A DNA stretch of 63,778 bases, filler included, from Octopus bimaculoides (GCF_001194135.2; 5 parts of 5 records of this genome joined end to end with filler, not necessarily neighbours in it); one strand, 5' to 3'. Positions 24,953 to 38,210 are shown, counted from the first letter of the whole stretch. The notes: generated from the letters alone by a model not told the origin. Numbers and translations: made by a program.

Positions 24953-27134
24953 CTGGAATATTAAAGGTTGAATTAGTGAGATGCCGTTAGCGTTAATAAG
25001 TATCAGCACGTCCACACCATCGACACAGTCAACACGCACACGCACACACATGCGCACGTGCATGCACACACTCAGATCATAAATACATTATGAACATCAA
25101 TAGACCCATACCACCACTCCCATCGACACAATCACCCCTAACCAACACCTCAACGCAAACCCATCACCGTCACCACCACCTCAACCCATCCACAATGCCA
25201 ACACATTAACATGTCTACAGTATCGACATGTCAATTTCTCTGCATTGTCAACATCTCAACACAACTATACCACCTCGACGCATTCAGAACACTGGTACAT
25301 TAACACATCTACCCCACCGACATGCCAACACAACTACACTGTCGACATGTCAACACATTTGCACCGTCAACTCAACATGTCCACACTGTCAATCCATCAT
25401 ACAAACATCACCCAGTGTCAACACACACCTCCACATGCACAGGTCTACAACAGGCCCACCCATTTAATATGGCCACCACACAGTGACATTATCAACACGG
25501 TCATTAACATAGCCAGGTAATCATTAACATATTTACATCACCGTCATCAACATATCTATCACCACATGATGTCATCACCATGTGTATCACTACAGTCATC
25601 ATCGTCATCACAACCACCATCATCACAATTATCGTCATCATCGTCATCACAACCACCATCATCACAATTATCGTCATCATCATCATCGTCATCACCACCA
25701 TCACCAATATATTCTTACTGCGTCAATGTAATCACAGGATCAGAGAGTCAAACAATTACATTGCGGTTGCTGACATTGCCAAGTGGTTAATAAGTTTGCT
25801 TTGCCATCATGAAGTTTCAGTTTCAATCCTAAAACATGGCATCTTGAGCAAGTCTTTTTCTTTTATTAATTTCTCAGTTCAATGGACTGGTGTCCCATTC
25901 AGGGGCAAAAGAGGGGACAGATATGCCATGGAAACCAAATTAAGCTCCAGCTTTATGAGTCCCAGGGCTCACAACAGAACTAAGTCTAAGTTTCCTTAAG
26001 ATCATAAGACCATGGTTTCAATTCCGTGACTGGGCAGTGTGTTTTCTTCTTGAATGAGACACTTTATTTCATGTTGCTCCAGTCCACTCAGCCACAAACG
26101 GGTCACACTGCAACAGCTAGGAAGTGAAACTCAGTCCATGAAAATTATGTAGGTGTCTGATGGGCTGTACCTGTATTTTAAAGGTTTGGCTTTAAAAGGT
26201 ACTCGTGCCCATGACACACTAAAAGCACCTGTGCCAGTGACATGTTTAACGGACCCGTGCTGGTGACATGTTAAGGGCACCTGTTCCAGTGATACATTAA
26301 GGGCACCTGTTCCAGTGACATGTTAAAGGCACCGATGCTAGCAACACGTTGAAAGCACCTGGTACATTGTGGAGTGGTTGGCTTTAGGAAGGGCATCCAG
26401 CTATAGAAACCAAGCCAAAACAGTCCCAGTCACGCCATCTAACCCATGCCAGCGTACAAATTTGAAGGACAAGAGAGTGAGACTGGATCTCTGCAAACCA
26501 TGCCCACTATAATTTCCATAGTGCAGGATGTTCAGCACACCAAGATACCACCAGCAACACCATCGGCACTTTATTCATAGGCCCAGTGGAACACCATGCA
26601 GCTGTGTTTTGTAGATAACAACATCATCATTTAACGTCCGCTTTCCATGCTAGCATGGGTTGGACGATTTGACTGGGGACTGGCGAAGCAGATGGCTACA
26701 CCAGACTCCAATCTGATCTGGCAGAATTTCTACAGCTGGATGCCCTTCCNNNNNNNNNNCAATCTGATCTGGCAGAATTTCTACAGCTGGATGCCCTTCC
26801 TTAATGCCAACCACTCAGAGAGTGTAGTGGGTGCTTTTTACATGCCACTGGCACGAGGGCCAGTCCGGCGGTACTGGCAACAGCCATGCTCGAATGGTGT
26901 TTTTTATGTGCTAATAATAAAATATATAACAACCACAATAAAATATATAAAACATGAAAGGCTTCCTCACAGTTTCTGTCTACCCAATTTCACTCACAAG
27001 GCATGGCTGAATCAGAAATTATAGTAAAAGACACTTGCCCAAGATGCCTTGTAGTGGGACTGAACCTGAAACCACATGGTTACAAAGCAAACCTAATGAC
27101 ACAACCATGTCTTCACATGTCCCAGAATTAACTA

Positions 27135-27992
27135 CAAGATGGTATCAAAAAGTTCCAGGGCTAGCTGTGTTTGATAGAAAATAACTTATTTAACTAAGTT
27201 TTAACATCATCTCCTTCGAAGCAGTCACGTTGCATAGCAATACATTGGTCGCAGTGTTCCTGTCACTTTTTGAATCCGGTCTCGAAGTGGTTTTCTATAA
27301 GCATGTCGAGGACCTTCTGTGATTCACTCTGGATTTCGACAATCGTGTTAAAACAGTGACCTTTGAGCAGCATTTTTATTTTGAGGAAGAGATAGAAGCC
27401 TGCAGGTGCTAAATCTGGTGAATAGGACAGGTGCAGAAGCAATACCAGGTTGTTTTGGGCAAAAAACTCACAAATGAGGAGAGCTTGGTGACAGTGAATT
27501 GTGAAGAATCTAATTCTTTGTGCTCCACAGATCCGGTTGCTTTCACCAAATGTGTTCCCACAAATGCTCAATTGATGGTCTGACCCTGGGGGACAAATTC
27601 TTGATGCACAATACCCCATTTCCAAGGGTGGCACTCTCGATAGGTCTTCCAGATCGCTCATTGTCTTCCAGGGATGTTCTTCTACTTTTGAAGCACCCTT
27701 GCATAAGACCCATTGCCTTGTCAACACAAACTTGCCAAAGCATGCTCAATGTCTCTGTAGAAAATTTCCCAAGCTTAATGCAAAATTTTATGTTGGCTAT
27801 TTGTTCCTGTCAATGACAAAATTGCAGACTACAGCATACATGTGATCACAAAAAACACAAATGTCATAAGTTGTGACGTAAATACAGCGATGTCACTCAG
27901 CACACTGCTAGCTCTCACTGTGCATGCAATCATGTGCTGCCATCTGTTGACGCAATACAAAACTAGTTTGGGAACTTTTTGACACAACCTTG
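27135..27992 (-). mobile_element. Internally deleted mariner element
   Basis: ~30-bp TIRs caagatggtatcaaaaagttcc / ggaactttttgacacaaccttg with TA on both flanks; transposase remnants SLEDNERSGRP and SYSPDLAPAGFYLFLKIK. Confidence 0.9.
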
Positions 27993-28684
27993 TATTTATT
28001 TCAATGAAATTGGCAAATTTTATAAAAACTAACAGAATTTTATGTTTATTAATTATGATATCAAAACAAATAGATTTATAAATCTTATGTTTAAACTTCG
28101 TTGAAACTTTTCAATATGTGCTGTCTATCATCATCATCATCGTTTAACGTCCGCTTTCCATGCTAGCATGAGTTGGACGATTTGACTGAGGACTGGTGAA
28201 CCAGATGGCTACACCAGTCTCCAGTTTGGTCTGGCAGAATTTCTACAGCTGGATGCCCTTCCTAACGCCAACCACTCCGAGAGTGTAGTGGGTGCTTTTA
28301 TGTGCCACCAGCACGAAGGCCAGTCTGGCAGTACTGGCAATGGCCACGCTCAAAATGGTGTATTTTATGTGCCACCTGCACAGGAGCCAGTCCAGCGACA
28401 CTGGCAACGACCTCGCTCAAATGTCTTTACACGTGCCAGGAAGGCGACGCTGGGCACAGGTGCCATCACAATTTCGCTTTCTATATCCCTGAAAATTTCA
28501 GATCTATCCTCAGCATTGCAAAACCCATTTTAAAACATTTCAGGAGTTATCTCTTGCACTGCTAACTGAGTGCGTTCAAGTTCATCTAAACTAATGCTCC
28601 ATCCTGGGGGTGACCGTAGAGAAAATGTTTGCAGCCAAATTGAAAAAAAGTTGTCGTGAAGTAGGATCCAACATGAATGAAAAT

Positions 28685-28760
28685 AAAATTATAAAACAAA
28701 TTATAAAATTATAAAACAAATTATAAAATTATAAAACAAATTATAAAATTATAAACAAAA
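28685..28760. repeat. 20-bp tandem repeat aaattataaaacaaattata inside a Tc1-like element end
   Basis: Three to four exact units; element end ctgggacaccctgta at ~28861-28875. Confidence 0.75.
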
Positions 28761-28932
28761 ATTAATTTATCAATTTTTAACACATATTAAACATAATAAA
28801 CATAAATAAAAGTGAGTTTTTAAAAAAAGGGTCCAATTTCACTGAAATAGATGGCTAATTCTGGGACACCCTGTACATAAAGTCGTGACAGTGTTCAAAT
28901 AAAACCTTCAGAATAAAAACAGAGATATTTAC

Positions 28933-29164
28933 CAAACTCCTGTGCTTCTCCCCATGAGGCACCAGTCGAGGTGGTCAGCTGGTTTGATAAACTGTCCAAC
29001 ACAATGTTTCCCTCATCTTTACTGCTTTCACCAAATTCCTGGACTCTTCCTTGCTTCTTCAATGCCACCTGAGCTTTGTAGTCTTGCAGCCATGCAAGGG
29101 TAGAACACAAGAGGCAGAGGGTTTTACCAGTCCCTGTAGGACTTTCCAAGAGGCCGTTCTGATT
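28933..29164 (-). CDS. RTEL1: RTEL1 exon carrying Walker A (equivalent to human coding exon 2)
   Basis: ctgcag|[30 protein letters not shown]...[10 protein letters not shown]+G|gtaaat. [14 protein letters not shown] is the RTEL1-type motif (FANCJ has GSGKSLALLC). Confidence 0.95.
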
Positions 29165-29209
29165 CTGCAGGAATGAAATGGAAAAGATAACCATTAATAA
29201 TGATTTTTA

Positions 29210-29425
29210 CGAGGGGTGCTGAAAAGTTCCTGGCTTTTAGGGTATCATGAAAGGCCTGGTTGGAGGCCCAACCTTCTGAGTTCTTTAACAGGGCTTAGAA
29301 AAACTGAAGGACTGTTTCAATAAGTGTGTGAATCTGAGAGGGGAATATGTTGGATAAAATCATCATTAACTGATCCTCCTCTATTTTCTTTTACTCAAAG
29401 ACAAAAATTTTTCAGCACCCCAGGG
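29210..29425 (+). mobile_element. mariner-derived MITE (a partial copy is at 3249-3340)
   Basis: TIR cgaggggtgctgaaaagttcctggct / ttttcagcacccc; retains the transposase-end-like KCVNLRGEYV. Confidence 0.8.
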
Positions 29426-30367
29426 TAGCTTGGCAGAAGGATAGCTAAAAATTTGGCAGGAAGGGATTAGTTAATACCGTCAAACCCAGTCCTTGGTACT
29501 TGACTGGTAATTTATTTTATTGACCCTAAAAAAAGGAACAGCAAAGTTGATTCTAGCAGGATCTGAATTCAGAACAAATACCACAAGGAATTTTCTCCAT
29601 TTCTCCAACACTAACCATTCCTCCAATCTACAGTAATCATCATCAACAACATCATTCTATTGTTATTTAACTCCAGGTCAACCCTGTTCAAGCAGACCTA
29701 TCTATGATTTCAGGCATTCCATCTATGAGAAACCTGTCTTATTGAGAGCATATAGGATTTAATGTGTATTTAATGTATTTCATAAGGCAGGTTTTTTACA
29801 ACTGGATACTCTTCCTGTTGCCAACCTTCACATGTTTCCAACTAATGTAATATTTCCCCATGGCCAGATGTATTTTCACAGAAGACTGGAAACAAAGGAC
29901 ATAAACTGCATGATGGCGACACTCATTTACAACTATGATGTAATGTCAGAAGAAGACATAAACATCATCATCGTCATTTAACGTCCGCTTTCCATGCCAG
30001 CATGGGTTGGACGATTTGACTGAGGACTGGCAAGCCAGAAGGCTACACCAGGCTCCAATCTGATTTGGCAGAGTTTCTACAGCTGGATGCCTTTCCTAAA
30101 GCCAACCATTCTGAGAGTGTAGTGGGTGCTTTTACGTGCCACCGGCACGAAGGCCAGTCAGGCGGTACTGGCAACGGCCACGCTAACGATCTCCCTCGAA
30201 TGTCTTTTCACGTGCCACTGGCACAAGTGCCAGGAAGGCGACGTTAGTAACGATCACGCACAAATGGTGCTATTTACGTGCCACCGGCACGGAAGCCAGA
30301 CAGCTGGTGCTCTGGTAACGATCACATTCGGACGATGCTCTTAGTGCTCCACTGGTACAGGTGCCAT

Positions 30368-30405
<38 letters not shown>

Positions 30406-30531
30406 TCATCATCATCATCATCATCGTTTAACGTCCGCTTTCCATGCTAGCATGGGTTGGACGATTTGACTGAGGACTTGTGCAACCGGATGGCTACACC
30501 AGGCTCCAATCTAATTTGGCAGAGTTTCTAC

Positions 30532-30631
30532 NNNNNNNNNNNNNNNNNNNNNNNNNNNNNNNNNNNNNNNNNNNNTTAATTAATTAANNNNNNNNNNNNN
30601 NNNNNNNNNNNNNNNNNNNNNNNNNNNNNNN
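30532..30631. other. Artificial scaffold join: 44 N + TTAATTAATTAA + 44 N
   Basis: The identical 100-bp structure recurs four times; the linker gives stops in all frames. Confidence 0.92.
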
Positions 30632-30711
<80 letters not shown>

Positions 30712-31178
30712 TATACATATATGTGTGTGTGTATGTATATACATGGATACACACATATATATAATACGTGTGTGTGTATGTATGTGTGTGTATTTAGCGG
30801 CATCCTCTTTTAGCATCTACCTAAAAGATGAGTGTGATATACAAATACATAAGAATGTGTGTGTATACGCACACACATTTACATGCACACACTTGTATGT
30901 ATAGACCAGATGCAGAGACAGATAGATAGAAAAGAATCAAAGCTGTAAAAAAAAAATGTACTGTCCAATTTTGTTTATAGATCGGACAAAAAAAAAACAA
31001 AAAAGAAATCGGGAAGTTTCATCCATGTTGAGAAAAAAAATATTCTGAATTGATGGTGTAATTGAAGGAGAAGATGTATATTAATAATGCATTTCATGGT
31101 ATACAGGATGTTGAGGTTCATGGTATCAACCACAATTGGAGATGGAACAAAGTGGATGTTCTGCCTGGCTTTGTGGAG

Positions 31179-31244
31179 CTACTTTGCTTTCTTGGCAATA
31201 GAATGGGTATCCACGTCATTCATTTTCCGTTTACCTGGCTGTAA
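31179..31244 (-). CDS. CHEK2: Chk2 last coding exon (basic NLS-like tail, TAG)
   Basis: tttcag|LQPGKRKMNDVDTHSIAKKAK*; compare human PSTSRKRP NLS. Confidence 0.8.
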   Translation of the reverse strand, partial: LQPGKRKMNDVDTHSIAKKAK

Positions 31245-31371
31245 CTGAAAAGAAATGAATAAATGTAGAGATGAGCCATGAAGAAGGGTGTGATTAGATA
31301 TAGGAGGTCTGATCAATATGTATCCAGACTGTTTGCCAGCATGGAAAATGGACATTAGATAAGTCTCTCTA

Positions 31372-31416
<45 letters not shown>

Positions 31417-32260
31417 NNNNNNNNNNNNNNNNNNNNNNNNNNNNNNNNNNNNNNNNNNNNNNNNNNNNNNNNNNNNNNNNNNNNNNNNNNNNNNNNNNNN
31501 NNNNNNNNNNNNNNNNNNNNNNNNNNNNNNNNNNNNNNNNNNNNNNNNNNNNNNNNNNNNNNNNNNNNNNNNNNNNNNNNNNNNNNNNNNNNNNNNNNNN
31601 NNNNNNNNNNNNNNNNNNNNNNNNNNNNNNNNNNNNNNNNNNNNNNNNNNNNNNNNNNNNNNNNNNNNNNNNNNNNNNNNNNNNNNNNNNNNNNNNNNNN
31701 NNNNNNNNNNNNNNNNNNNNNNNNNNNNNNNNNNNNNNNNNNNNNNNNNNNNNNNNNNNNNNNNNNNNNNNNNNNNNNNNNNNNNNNNNNNNNNNNNNNN
31801 NNNNNNNNNNNNNNNNNNNNNNNNNNNNNNNNNNNNNNNNNNNNNNNNNNNNNNNNNNNNNNNNNNNNNNNNNNNNNNNNNNNNNNNNNNNNNNNNNNNN
31901 NNNNNNNNNNNNNNNNNNNNNNNNNNNNNNNNNNNNNNNNNNNNNNNNNNNNNNNNNNNNNNNNNNNNNNNNNNNNNNNNNNNNNNNNNNNNNNNNNNNN
32001 NNNNNNNNNNNNNNNNNNNNNNNNNNNNATATATAAAGGTTATGAAGGGTAATGGAGTCAACCAGACCCTAAAGATACAGGTAATACCGAGTAAGGGCTG
32101 TATACCGACTAGTTTTGCCCCTGATGTGGTTGCAACATGAATGGGAAATATAACATGGGTCATGTATTAGCGTGTGTATATATAAAAAAAGAATGAGATA
32201 AAGAAACCTCCTACATAAAATATAAATTTACTTATGCCATTGGTCTCTTTATCTCATTCT

Positions 32261-32292
<32 letters not shown>

Positions 32293-33001
32293 GTAATCCC
32301 TCGACTATTGCGAGTGTTACATTTCAAAACCTCTCACAGAAGTAATTAAAATCTAAAAAAATATAAATATGCATCAGTCATAGAAACTCGGATATACTGA
32401 GTCTGCGATATAAATCTACATGTATTAGCCAGAAAAATCCATGGTGTAATGGTTGTACGATAGGTGAACCACGATATAGTGAAGCATTAGGAAAGGCATC
32501 CATCCACCTGTGGAAACCATGCCAAATCAGACTGGAAACTGGAGCAGCAGTCCAGGTCAAACTGTCCAACCCATGCCAGCATGGAAAATGAACATATGAT
32601 GATGATAAATGGATGGGTGGACAGATGGATATGTGTGTATGTGTGTGCCATTTTCTTTATGTTTGTTTCACTACAACCACATGACAACCAGTATTGTTAT
32701 GGTTACATCCCTGTAAATTAGCATCATCATTTAATGTCCAATTTCCCATGCTGGCATGGGTTGCATGGTTTGACAGGAGCTGGTAAAGCCAGAGAGGGGG
32801 GGGGGCCTGCACCCGGTTCCGTTGTCTGCCCTGGCATGGTTTCCACAGCTGGATGCCCAAGAGCAACAAAACAAGTACTGAACTTCAAATAAAGAAAAAG
32901 GTCCTGGTGAAGATTCGTTCAACTCATCCCTTCAAAGTAATGCCCCAGCATGGCCGCATCCCAAAGATTGAAACAAGTAACAGTAAAAACATTATATATA
33001 C

Positions 33002-33079
33002 CATAGTTAAAGTGGACAACATCAGTCCATTGGATCCTGGGAACATCAAACTGTTTGCTTTCTCAATCATTTGTGGATC
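33002..33079 (-). CDS. CHEK2: Chk2 exon 15
   Basis: ttgtag|...|gtatat; DPQMIEKANSLMFPGSNGLMLSTLTM; phase 0 to 0, position equivalent to human DEDMKRKFQDLL exon. Weaker similarity than the kinase exons. Confidence 0.8.
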
Positions 33080-33785
33080 CTACAAAAAGAAATGCAGAGA
33101 TTATNNNNNNNNNNNNNNNNNNNNNNNNNNNNNNNNNNNNNNNNNNNNNNNNNNNNNNNNNNNNNNNNNNNNNNNNNNNNNNNNNNNNNNNNNNNNNNNN
33201 NNNNNNNNNNNNNNNNNNNNNNNNNNNNNNNNNNNNNNNNNNNNNNNNNNNNNNNNNNNNNNNNNNNNNNNNNNNNNNNNNNNNNNNNNNNNNNNNNNNN
33301 NNNNNNNNNNNNNNNNNNNNNNNNNNNNNNNNNNNNNNNNNNNNNNNNNNNNNNNNNNNNNNNNNNNNNNNNNNNNNNNNNNNNNNNNNNNNNNNNNNNN
33401 NNNNNNNNNNNNNNNNNNNNNNNNNNNNNNNNNNNNNNNNNNNNNNNNNNNNNNNNNNNNNNNNNNNNNNNNNNNNNNNNNNNNNNNNNNNNNNNNNNNN
33501 NNNNNNNNNNNNNNNNNNNNNNNNNNNNNNNNNNNNNNNNNNNNNNNNNNNNNNNNNNNNNNNNNNNNNNNNNNNNNNNNNNNNNNNNNNNNNNNNNNNN
33601 NNNNNNNNNNNNNNNNNNNNNNNNNNNNNNNNNNNNNNNNNNNNNNNNNNNNNNNNNNNNNNNNNNNNNNNNNNNNNNNNNNNNNNNNGGATAGAGACTT
33701 ACAACACGATCGATTTTTATTCCATTTATTTAATTATTTACCATTCGATGTCAACATTTTTGTGCTCAACTTTATCCAACGACTT

Positions 33786-33817
<32 letters not shown>

Positions 33818-34252
33818 CATATATATACGACGGGATTCTTTCAGTTTCTGTTTACCAAATCCACTCACAAGGCTTTGGTCGACCCGAGGACATATTAGAA
33901 GACACTTGTCCAAAGTGGCCTGCAGTGGGACTGAATTTGGAACCATGTGGTTGGGAAGCAAGCTTCTTACCACAGAGCCACAACTGTGCTTTCTCCAGCA
34001 CCAGCACCACCACTTGACAACCAGTGTTGGTGCGTTTACATCTCAGTAACTTAGTGGTTCGCAAAAGAGACCAATAGAAATAGATGTTTTTGTTACATGT
34101 TATTGTTTTTGTTGAAAAAAAGCCGCAAGAATTATGCACCAACCCAATAATTCGATTTAATCTCTATTTAATTAAATGGCTGACGATTCTTTTAAAAATA
34201 AAATAAAATCAGGGAGAAAATTCAAACTTTGTTTAAATATTTTTCTATTTAC

Positions 34253-34338
34253 CTTCAACCAGCGATGAGAAAAGGCCTCCTGGATAGTAATGCGTTGGTT
34301 AGGATCAACAGTCAACATTTTCTGCACGAGGTCCTTTG
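34253..34338 (-). CDS. CHEK2: Chk2 exon 14
   Basis: tttcag|...|gtaaat; (A)KDLVQKMLTVDPNQRITIQEAFSHRWLK; 86 nt. Confidence 0.96.
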
Positions 34339-35077
34339 CTGAAAGTAGATAAAAATTTACATGCGAAAACAGGGTGTTGTTGTTGTACTACTACTACTAC
34401 TCCTCCTCCTGGGGACTTGTGAGCCAGATGGCTGCACCAGGATCCAATCTGATCTGGCGGAGTTTCTACAGCTGGATGCCCTTTCTAACGCCAACCACTC
34501 CGAGAGTGTAGTGGGTGCTTTTATGTGCCACTGGCACGAGGGCCAGTCATGTGGTACTGGCAACGGCCATGCTCAAAATGGTGTATTTTATGTGCCACTT
34601 GCACAGGAGCCAGTCCAGCATCACTGGCAACAACCTCGCTCGAATGTTTTTTCACATGCCACCGGCACAAGTGCCAGTAAGGCGACGCTGGTAACGATCA
34701 GGCTCAAATGGTGCTATTTACGTGCCACTGGCACGGAAGCCAGACAGCTGCTCTGGCAATGATCATGCTCGGATGGTGCTCTTAGCCTCCACTGGCACAA
34801 GTGCCATCACGATTTCGATTTCACTTGCCCCAACAGGTCTTCGCCTATATTCACTAAGAAACAACTATTTGGAGTTTCAGGTTCGAATTTTCCAGAAATA
34901 CATATAGGTGCAGGCACCATAGTGTGGTCAAGAAACTCACGTCCACCATCTTTACCACTACTACCACTGACCATCATCTTTACCCTCACCCCCTTAAATT
35001 GCAGGCTCGTTTTTTGAGGGGGCCACCACCAGTTCTTCAGAAAGAAATATGATTCTCCAAAAAAAGAAGGTACTTAC

Positions 35078-35193
35078 CTGCTACTGAAATATTATCCCAA
35101 TAGGGTGAACTAAATATATAGGTCCCTGTTAAAATCTGCTTTGTTAGAGGCATGTCTTTCCGGTCTTCAGAGAATGGAGGATAACCAACCAAA
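35078..35193 (-). CDS. CHEK2: Chk2 exon 13
   Basis: tttcag|...|gtaagt; LVGYPPFSEDRKDMPLTKQILTGTYIFSSPYWDNISVA; 116 nt. Confidence 0.96.
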
Positions 35194-35765
35194 CTGAAAC
35201 AAGAGGAGATGAGAGAGATAAAAGCATAGATTAACTCTTTCGTAATTATATTTTTAATTGGTAGACTGCTGCTAATAGGTTTCAGTTAATTTTCAACATA
35301 GACAAGATTTTAGAGGGAGGTTTAATAAAATATTTGTTATTCTAACCATTCATCATCTGACACAAGATCACCTCCCCCTATGCCTCCTCCCCTCTCAAAG
35401 GATCTTTGTCTTGCAAGGGGCTGAAATTACATCAACCCCAGTATTCAACTGGTACTTATTTCATTGANNNNNNNNNNACACCACCAAAGAAGGATAAAAG
35501 GTACAGTTGGCCTAAGCAGAATTTGAACTCAGAACATAAAGATGAACAAAATGATGCTTGTAACCTTTGACCGACTAAAGTGAAACAGAACCAGTACATG
35601 TGTTTGTTATTGGCATAAAGACCCTCTCAAGATACTTCAAACTTTGATGATAGTGTTTTTGTTAAATATGTAAGCATGTATTTGCATACATACATACATA
35701 CATAGGAACATATATTTGAATACATACATACATATATAAGCATATATTTGCATATACACAAACAC

Positions 35766-35802
<37 letters not shown>

Positions 35803-35832
35803 CAAGTGCATACCAACAGCAGTTTAAACTTA

Positions 35833-36024
<192 letters not shown>

Positions 36025-36439
36025 TCAGCCAATTAACAATTACAATTAATGAAATACAACATACGGTATTTGAAGCTGATGATTTCATCATCATCATTAA
36101 TATCTTCTTTTCCATGCTTGCATGAGTTGGCCAGAATTTATTGAGGCAGATTTTCTATAGCCAAATACCCCTCCAGTGCACACCTGTTGCACCTGTTCAG
36201 GTAACGTTGATTTGATGGAGAGAGTGAGCTAATGTGTGACACAAACATTTGATCACTATAATACGTCATTTTTGACAGAAGAGTCCATCATACTGATATG
36301 AGCATGCGTGTGACTTTGTGCTTATGCCTGTCCCCACCAACACTTGATAACCAATGTTGGTTTGTTTATGTCCTCATAACTAGGCGGTTCAGCAAAAGAG
36401 ATCGATAGAATGAGTACCAGACTTTGAAAATGAGTATTG

Positions 36440-37035
36440 AGATCATCATCATAATCATTTAACCATCTATTTTCCATGCTGGCATGGGTTGGACAGGAGC
36501 TGGCTAGCTGAAGAGCTGTCCAGGCTCCATGTCTTCTTTGGTATGGTTTGCTACAGTTGGATGCCCTTCCTAATGCCGACCACTTTACAGAGTGTACTGG
36601 GTGCTTTTATGCAGCACTGGCACAAGTGCTTTTTACGTGTCACCAACACCCACGAACCTACAAGAGTAGGATTGCTCAGATGAAAAGAGATGCAGGGGAC
36701 ATTGCTTGTAGGCAAGGACAACCACAATTTTACTTAACTTGGTGCGTCTTCTCAAGCACAGCAAACCACCAGAAGTCTCACTCCTTTGTCATCCCCCTTT
36801 GTGAGGCCTAGTGTCTTAAGATCCTTTCTGACCACTTCATCCCACATCTTTCCGGGCTTACCCCTTCCACATGTTCCTTCTACAATTAGAGATTGGTACC
36901 TCTTGATGCAACTGTCCTCGTTCATACACATCACATGACCACACCAACACAGTCTTCTCTCTCGCACACTACATCCGATGCCTCATACCCAGTTTTTCTC
37001 TCAAACCGCTTACACTCTGTAATATATGCAAACTG
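36440..37035 (-). mobile_element. RTE-clade LINE 3' end (ORF2 C-terminus, 3' UTR, (GAT)n tail)
   Basis: RERRLCWCGHVMCMNEDSCIK...GRGKPGKMWDEVVRKDL is the RTE-type end; it continues into the ttaggaagggcatcca...gcatggaaa..(gat)n tail. Confidence 0.85.
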
Positions 37036-37199
37036 ACACTGCGCATTCAGTAGAGCGTGCAGGTTTCACTTCTTTCAAGCCTTTGCATGTCCTCAGTAGT
37101 CACAGCCCAATTAAACTCTTCAAGTTGGTGCCCCAGCATGGCCACAGTCCAATGACTGAAAAAGGGTAAAATGGTAAAAAGAAAAATGATATGTATTAC

Positions 37200-37247
37200 C
37201 TTTATCAAAGTTTCTTCTTCATCAGTCATCAGAAGGATGTTTTCTGG
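37200..37247 (-). CDS. CHEK2: Chk2 exon 11
   Basis: tcacag|...|gtaata; PENILLMTDEEETLIK; 48 nt. Confidence 0.95.
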
Positions 37248-38171
37248 CTGTGATTAATGGAAAAGAAAGAAAAAGGGAATAAAGCTTGTGAGCAACATGA
37301 AATGAAGTGTCCCATTCATGGACACAACATACTGCCACATAACAAACTCATGACTTTACGATCATGATCCACTTAGCTTAAGCATCTTCACATCTGAATA
37401 TAAGTGTGAATAGCAATGTTACTAACCTAATGACATCACACAATACTTTTATTGTTTTTTTTATCTTTGATCAATAAGTGTGATTTCTTATTTGCTTCTA
37501 TCCAGAAATCAAAGGAAATGACTACTATTCCCTTCAAACTTTGCTTTTGTGACTTAGGCATTAATGTTTTAAAACAAACCTATTTTCCATTACATTTCAC
37601 ACAAATTCAGCACTATAGCAGACATTCTACTTAATACCACAGATGTGTTTGTTGTCTTTGGTCAATAAATGTTATTTCCTATTTGCTTTTTTCAAGAAAT
37701 CAAAGGAAATGACTACTATCCCCTTCACACTTTGCTTTTTGTGACTCAGACATCAATGTTTCCAAACTGACCTATTTCCCATTACATTTCAGACAGATTC
37801 AGTGCTGAGTTGCTGAAACAGAAATATTGTTATAGCAAATGTTCTGTTGAATACCACAGCTTTGCATGTCAGTTGCTTGACCTAAACCAGTTGAGCATGG
37901 CCATTAGTGGATGACAATATGTGCATCTCTGATCAAGAGTAGAAGTAGTGGAGGAGCAATCATAGCCATGTGTTGAGAGGGATTCTTTGGGGTTTGAATA
38001 AGAATGTAACAAAAGCAAAGGTTGAAGGAAATATTAGCCATTTGTCATACTTTCTAGGGGTCAGCAAACAGGAAATAACAGTTGCTACTCAAGGACAAAA
38101 ATTGTGTTATACCGTGTAATAACACCATCTTTAATGACATAATAGAGAAGGAAAAAAAGGTGTCATCTTAC

Positions 38172-38210
38172 CTTCAGGTCCCGATGTGTAATACCTTTGT
38201 CATGGAGATA
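38172..38210 (-). CDS. CHEK2: Chk2 exon 10 (catalytic loop HRDLK)
   Basis: ttttag|...|gtaaga; YLHDKGITHRDLK; 39 nt. Confidence 0.96.

Noticed and set aside
30576-30587. TTAATTAATTAA recurring four times, a possible regulatory or recombination site
   Set aside because: Always centred in an exact 44N-12-44N block, so it is an assembly linker and not biology.
30780-30850. Acceptor-like cttttag followed by MLKEDAAKY as an RTEL1 5' exon
   Set aside because: No RTEL1 similarity, and it runs into a microsatellite.
32120-32165. FPF-containing frame as the missing RTEL1 start exon
   Set aside because: MLYFPFMLQPHQGQN* stops quickly, with no PYxCQ motif or donor.
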